A stretch of 27,602 nucleotides of DNA from positions 1 to 27,602 of IMG/VR virus record IMGVR_UViG_3300032272_000056, one strand, 5' to 3'. Positions 25,736 to 27,602 of this stretch are shown one piece after another. The notes under the pieces are model-generated. The model had not been told where the DNA came from. It did not search any database and saw nothing but the letters and a program-made list of their open reading frames with translations. Numbering within the stretch: position 1 is the first letter of the stretch; each line of letters begins with the position of its first letter. Made by a program: the position numbers and the translations under genes. This stretch comes from a virus (taxonomy: Duplodnaviria > Caudoviricetes).

Positions 25736-26724
25736 GCCCTCCGAATTTTAACATCTTGAATTGTGGTGTAGTTAACACCTGGGGGAGCAAGCTTTCCGTC
25801 GTCAAGACACTGTTTAACTGCCGTCTTAGACACTTTATTTTCAAGGAAATGTTTATTCTTTTCAAAGTCAGACCCAACCCACTTCATGAATGCTGCACCA
25901 TCAGCTACAGTGGCGCTGTCTTTCTTGTCTACGAAACAAATACCAGCTCCAGTTTTGAAGCTTGTGAGCCCTTGGCGTTGCAGCTCTCCACTTAGCCACA
26001 TGCTTCGTTTTTCTTGCACATCATTGAGACCAGCAAGTGCAGCTTTGTGTTTCTTCGTAAGCTCAGCAATTTCATCGCGGGTCTCAATGAACTTGGCGAT
26101 CACCAGGTCTGCAGTAACTGCTGTTGGTTTCGGTGGGGCTTCTGTGGGCGTTTCCTCTGCTGCGTGTGGGGCTGCTTTAAACTCGCTTGCCCGGATCACA
26201 CCAAACTGCCCGTTTTCATTATGCCCACATGCTCCACCAGGAATACCACACTGTTCACATACCCAAAAATCATCAATAATAGCTCCTGTACTTCCAGTAG
26301 AACTTTCCTTTTGTGAGTCGTACTCGGCCTGAACCTGTGCAACAAGGCCTTTATCGATGCCTCGAATCAACCTCCAAGTTCCATCCTTGTTAATGTTCTT
26401 AGCAGCCCCATGGATGCGCTCATCCCATGGATACCCAGACTTGTCAAGCTCTGGGGTAGCCTTTTCCTCAGAGGGCTCAACTGTTGCCTGCTGTGTAGAG
26501 TAGTACTCATCCTGTGGTATTACTCTGTACTGACTGTTTCCACTGCCAAAGTCTACGTGTAGACACTGCCCCTCCCCCCTTCCGCACTTGTCACAGACCA
26601 TCATAGGATGTGTGCTTTGCTCCTCTGGTGAGGGCACAGCAGACTTCAGCGAGTCGATGCCTGCGAACATATCATCGTCGTCAAGTATTTCTGGCTCAAA
26701 GCCTTCTCGTCTATTGCTTCCCAT
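25732..26724 (-). CDS. Multidomain phage protein: two CxxC..CxH motifs, a PWDERIH domain and a C-terminal Gam/Gp157-like domain
   Basis: 330 aa with SD GAGGAG. 'GYPWDERIHGAAKNINKDGTWR..RG'; C-terminus 'FIETRD...GLTSFKT..G...FLENKVSKTAVK..L..G...PPGV.....VKIRR'. Confidence 0.65.
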   Translation of the reverse strand: MGSNRREGFEPEILDDDDMFAGIDSLKSAVPSPEEQSTHPMMVCDKCGRGEGQCLHVDFGSGNSQYRVIPQDEYYSTQQATVEPSEEKATPELDKSGYPWDERIHGAAKNINKDGTWRLIRGIDKGLVAQVQAEYDSQKESSTGSTGAIIDDFWVCEQCGIPGGACGHNENGQFGVIRASEFKAAPHAAEETPTEAPPKPTAVTADLVIAKFIETRDEIAELTKKHKAALAGLNDVQEKRSMWLSGELQRQGLTSFKTGAGICFVDKKDSATVADGAAFMKWVGSDFEKNKHFLENKVSKTAVKQCLDDGKLAPPGVNYTTIQDVKIRRA

Positions 26725-26783
26725 TTTGCTCCTCTAAAAGTTTTGTTGTTTGGGTTTTTACTGTCATACACTTATTAATGCTG

Positions 26784-27056
26784 CTACGCACCATCAACCA
26801 TCTTAGAAAGCGCCTTGGCCAGTGCATCGTGTATTGCGTTCCTCAACTGCCAATTATCTCCAAGGCCATTGATAGCCTCCTGAACAGTTTTATTTACTGC
26901 CTTCTGGATGGAGTTCTTGACCCACTCCTCGGTGAGGGTGTTTTCTAGTGTACTTTGCACAACCGAGTTATACTCGTCATTATGCTGTTGCATGTAGTGC
27001 ATCACACTAGCCTTCACACCTTCCATTTCAATTTTTATGATTGGCCCCAGCCCCAT
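26784..27056 (-). CDS. Hypothetical helical protein
   Basis: 90 aa with SD GAGGGG. Confidence 0.65.
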   Translation of the reverse strand: MGLGPIIKIEMEGVKASVMHYMQQHNDEYNSVVQSTLENTLTEEWVKNSIQKAVNKTVQEAINGLGDNWQLRNAIHDALAKALSKMVDGA

Positions 27057-27126
27057 CGTTGTCCCCTCTCATGTTTGGTTTTTAGTATTCTCCAATTGTA
27101 ACCTGCTTTACGTGAAAGCGCAAGGG

Positions 27127-27429
27127 TTATTTGTTACTCATGTTACTTTCTTTTGGAACGTACTGCCAATACAGGATAGAAGTTCCTTCGGGGTGGTCTG
27201 ACCCCGCAGGCTTTACATTGGTTACTATTTGCCCCCGGTAGGGGATGGGGATGTTCGCCCGTACCTGCTGAGCGGCTACGCTCATTACCTGCAGGAGAAC
27301 ATCGTTATTAGTGAGATCCTCTGTGGGCACAGCAAAGCCGGAGCCACAGGTTTTCTCGGGATCAAATGCTTCGTAATTCTTGGCTATTTCTGCCCTTACC
27401 ATTTCACGTACTGCTTCGTTTCTTGTCAT
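27127..27429 (-). CDS. Hypothetical protein
   Basis: 100 aa with SD GGAG. Confidence 0.6.
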   Translation of the reverse strand: MTRNEAVREMVRAEIAKNYEAFDPEKTCGSGFAVPTEDLTNNDVLLQVMSVAAQQVRANIPIPYRGQIVTNVKPAGSDHPEGTSILYWQYVPKESNMSNK

Positions 27430-27601
27430 TTTGGTTCTCCGTTATTAAGTTAAGTAGTGCATCAGGGTGTATTGTGGCACACTCGTCCAACCAGTAACCA
27501 GCTACGTGTGGATCTGGGAACTGCTTGGGTATGTCCCTATCAAAAACTAGCTCTGCATCAGGATGTAACTTTTTTAACCTGATGCAAAAAATATCTTGTT
27601 T
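27404..27601 (-). CDS. Hypothetical protein, 5'-partial (not in the ORF track)
   Basis: Open frame from the window edge: KQDIFCIRLKKLHPDAELVFDRDIPKQFPDPHVAGYWLDECATIHPDALLNLITENQNDKKRSST*, overlapping the next gene's start. Confidence 0.5.
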   Translation of the reverse strand, partial: KQDIFCIRLKKLHPDAELVFDRDIPKQFPDPHVAGYWLDECATIHPDALLNLITENQNDKKRSST

Positions 27602-27602
27602 T

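Noticed and set aside
27100-27126. Hairpin GCTTT-ACGTG-AAAGC after ORF 27127-27429 considered as a terminator
   Set aside because: Short stem and no U-tract on the coding strand; too weak to call.
1-27602. Stop-codon reassignment, tRNA/ncRNA genes or CRISPR arrays
   Set aside because: Genes tile both blocks under the standard code with all three stops used. Intergenic gaps are about 70 bp or less, and I saw no cloverleaf or repeat-spacer pattern.

Overview
A 27.6 kb piece of a tailed dsDNA bacteriophage or prophage, probably podovirus-like, with two convergent, densely packed gene blocks. The + strand (1-16226) is a virion module: capsid-adjacent protein, head-tail adaptor, tail/nozzle-like proteins, a fibre locus (two small beta-rich genes plus a repeat-rich fibre), two candidate ejection proteins, and a 2126-aa polyvalent protein with an HExxH metallopeptidase and a PLxRFG-like domain. 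The - strand (16227-27602) is an early/replication module: Zn-finger/Gam-Gp157-like protein, putative ssDNA-binding protein, HTH regulator, AEP-type primase fused to a DUF927 helicase, ThyX, DUF6378 and many small hypothetical genes. I saw no tRNA, rRNA, CRISPR array, integrase, transposase or reverse transcriptase. Most notable observations: (1) a gene-accretion junction where the 3' end of the giant gene is duplicated and three small genes each follow a copy of the same boundary sequence; (2) a fibre with two repeat classes next to two small subunit-like genes; (3) a 21-aa insertion in the ThyX signature; (4) a His/Tyr swap in primase motif II; (5) SD-preceded out-of-frame basic ORFs nested in the giant gene; (6) a TAAAAACC(N)AAAC leader motif present three times. 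All family assignments come from recognising motifs by eye, not from database searches.
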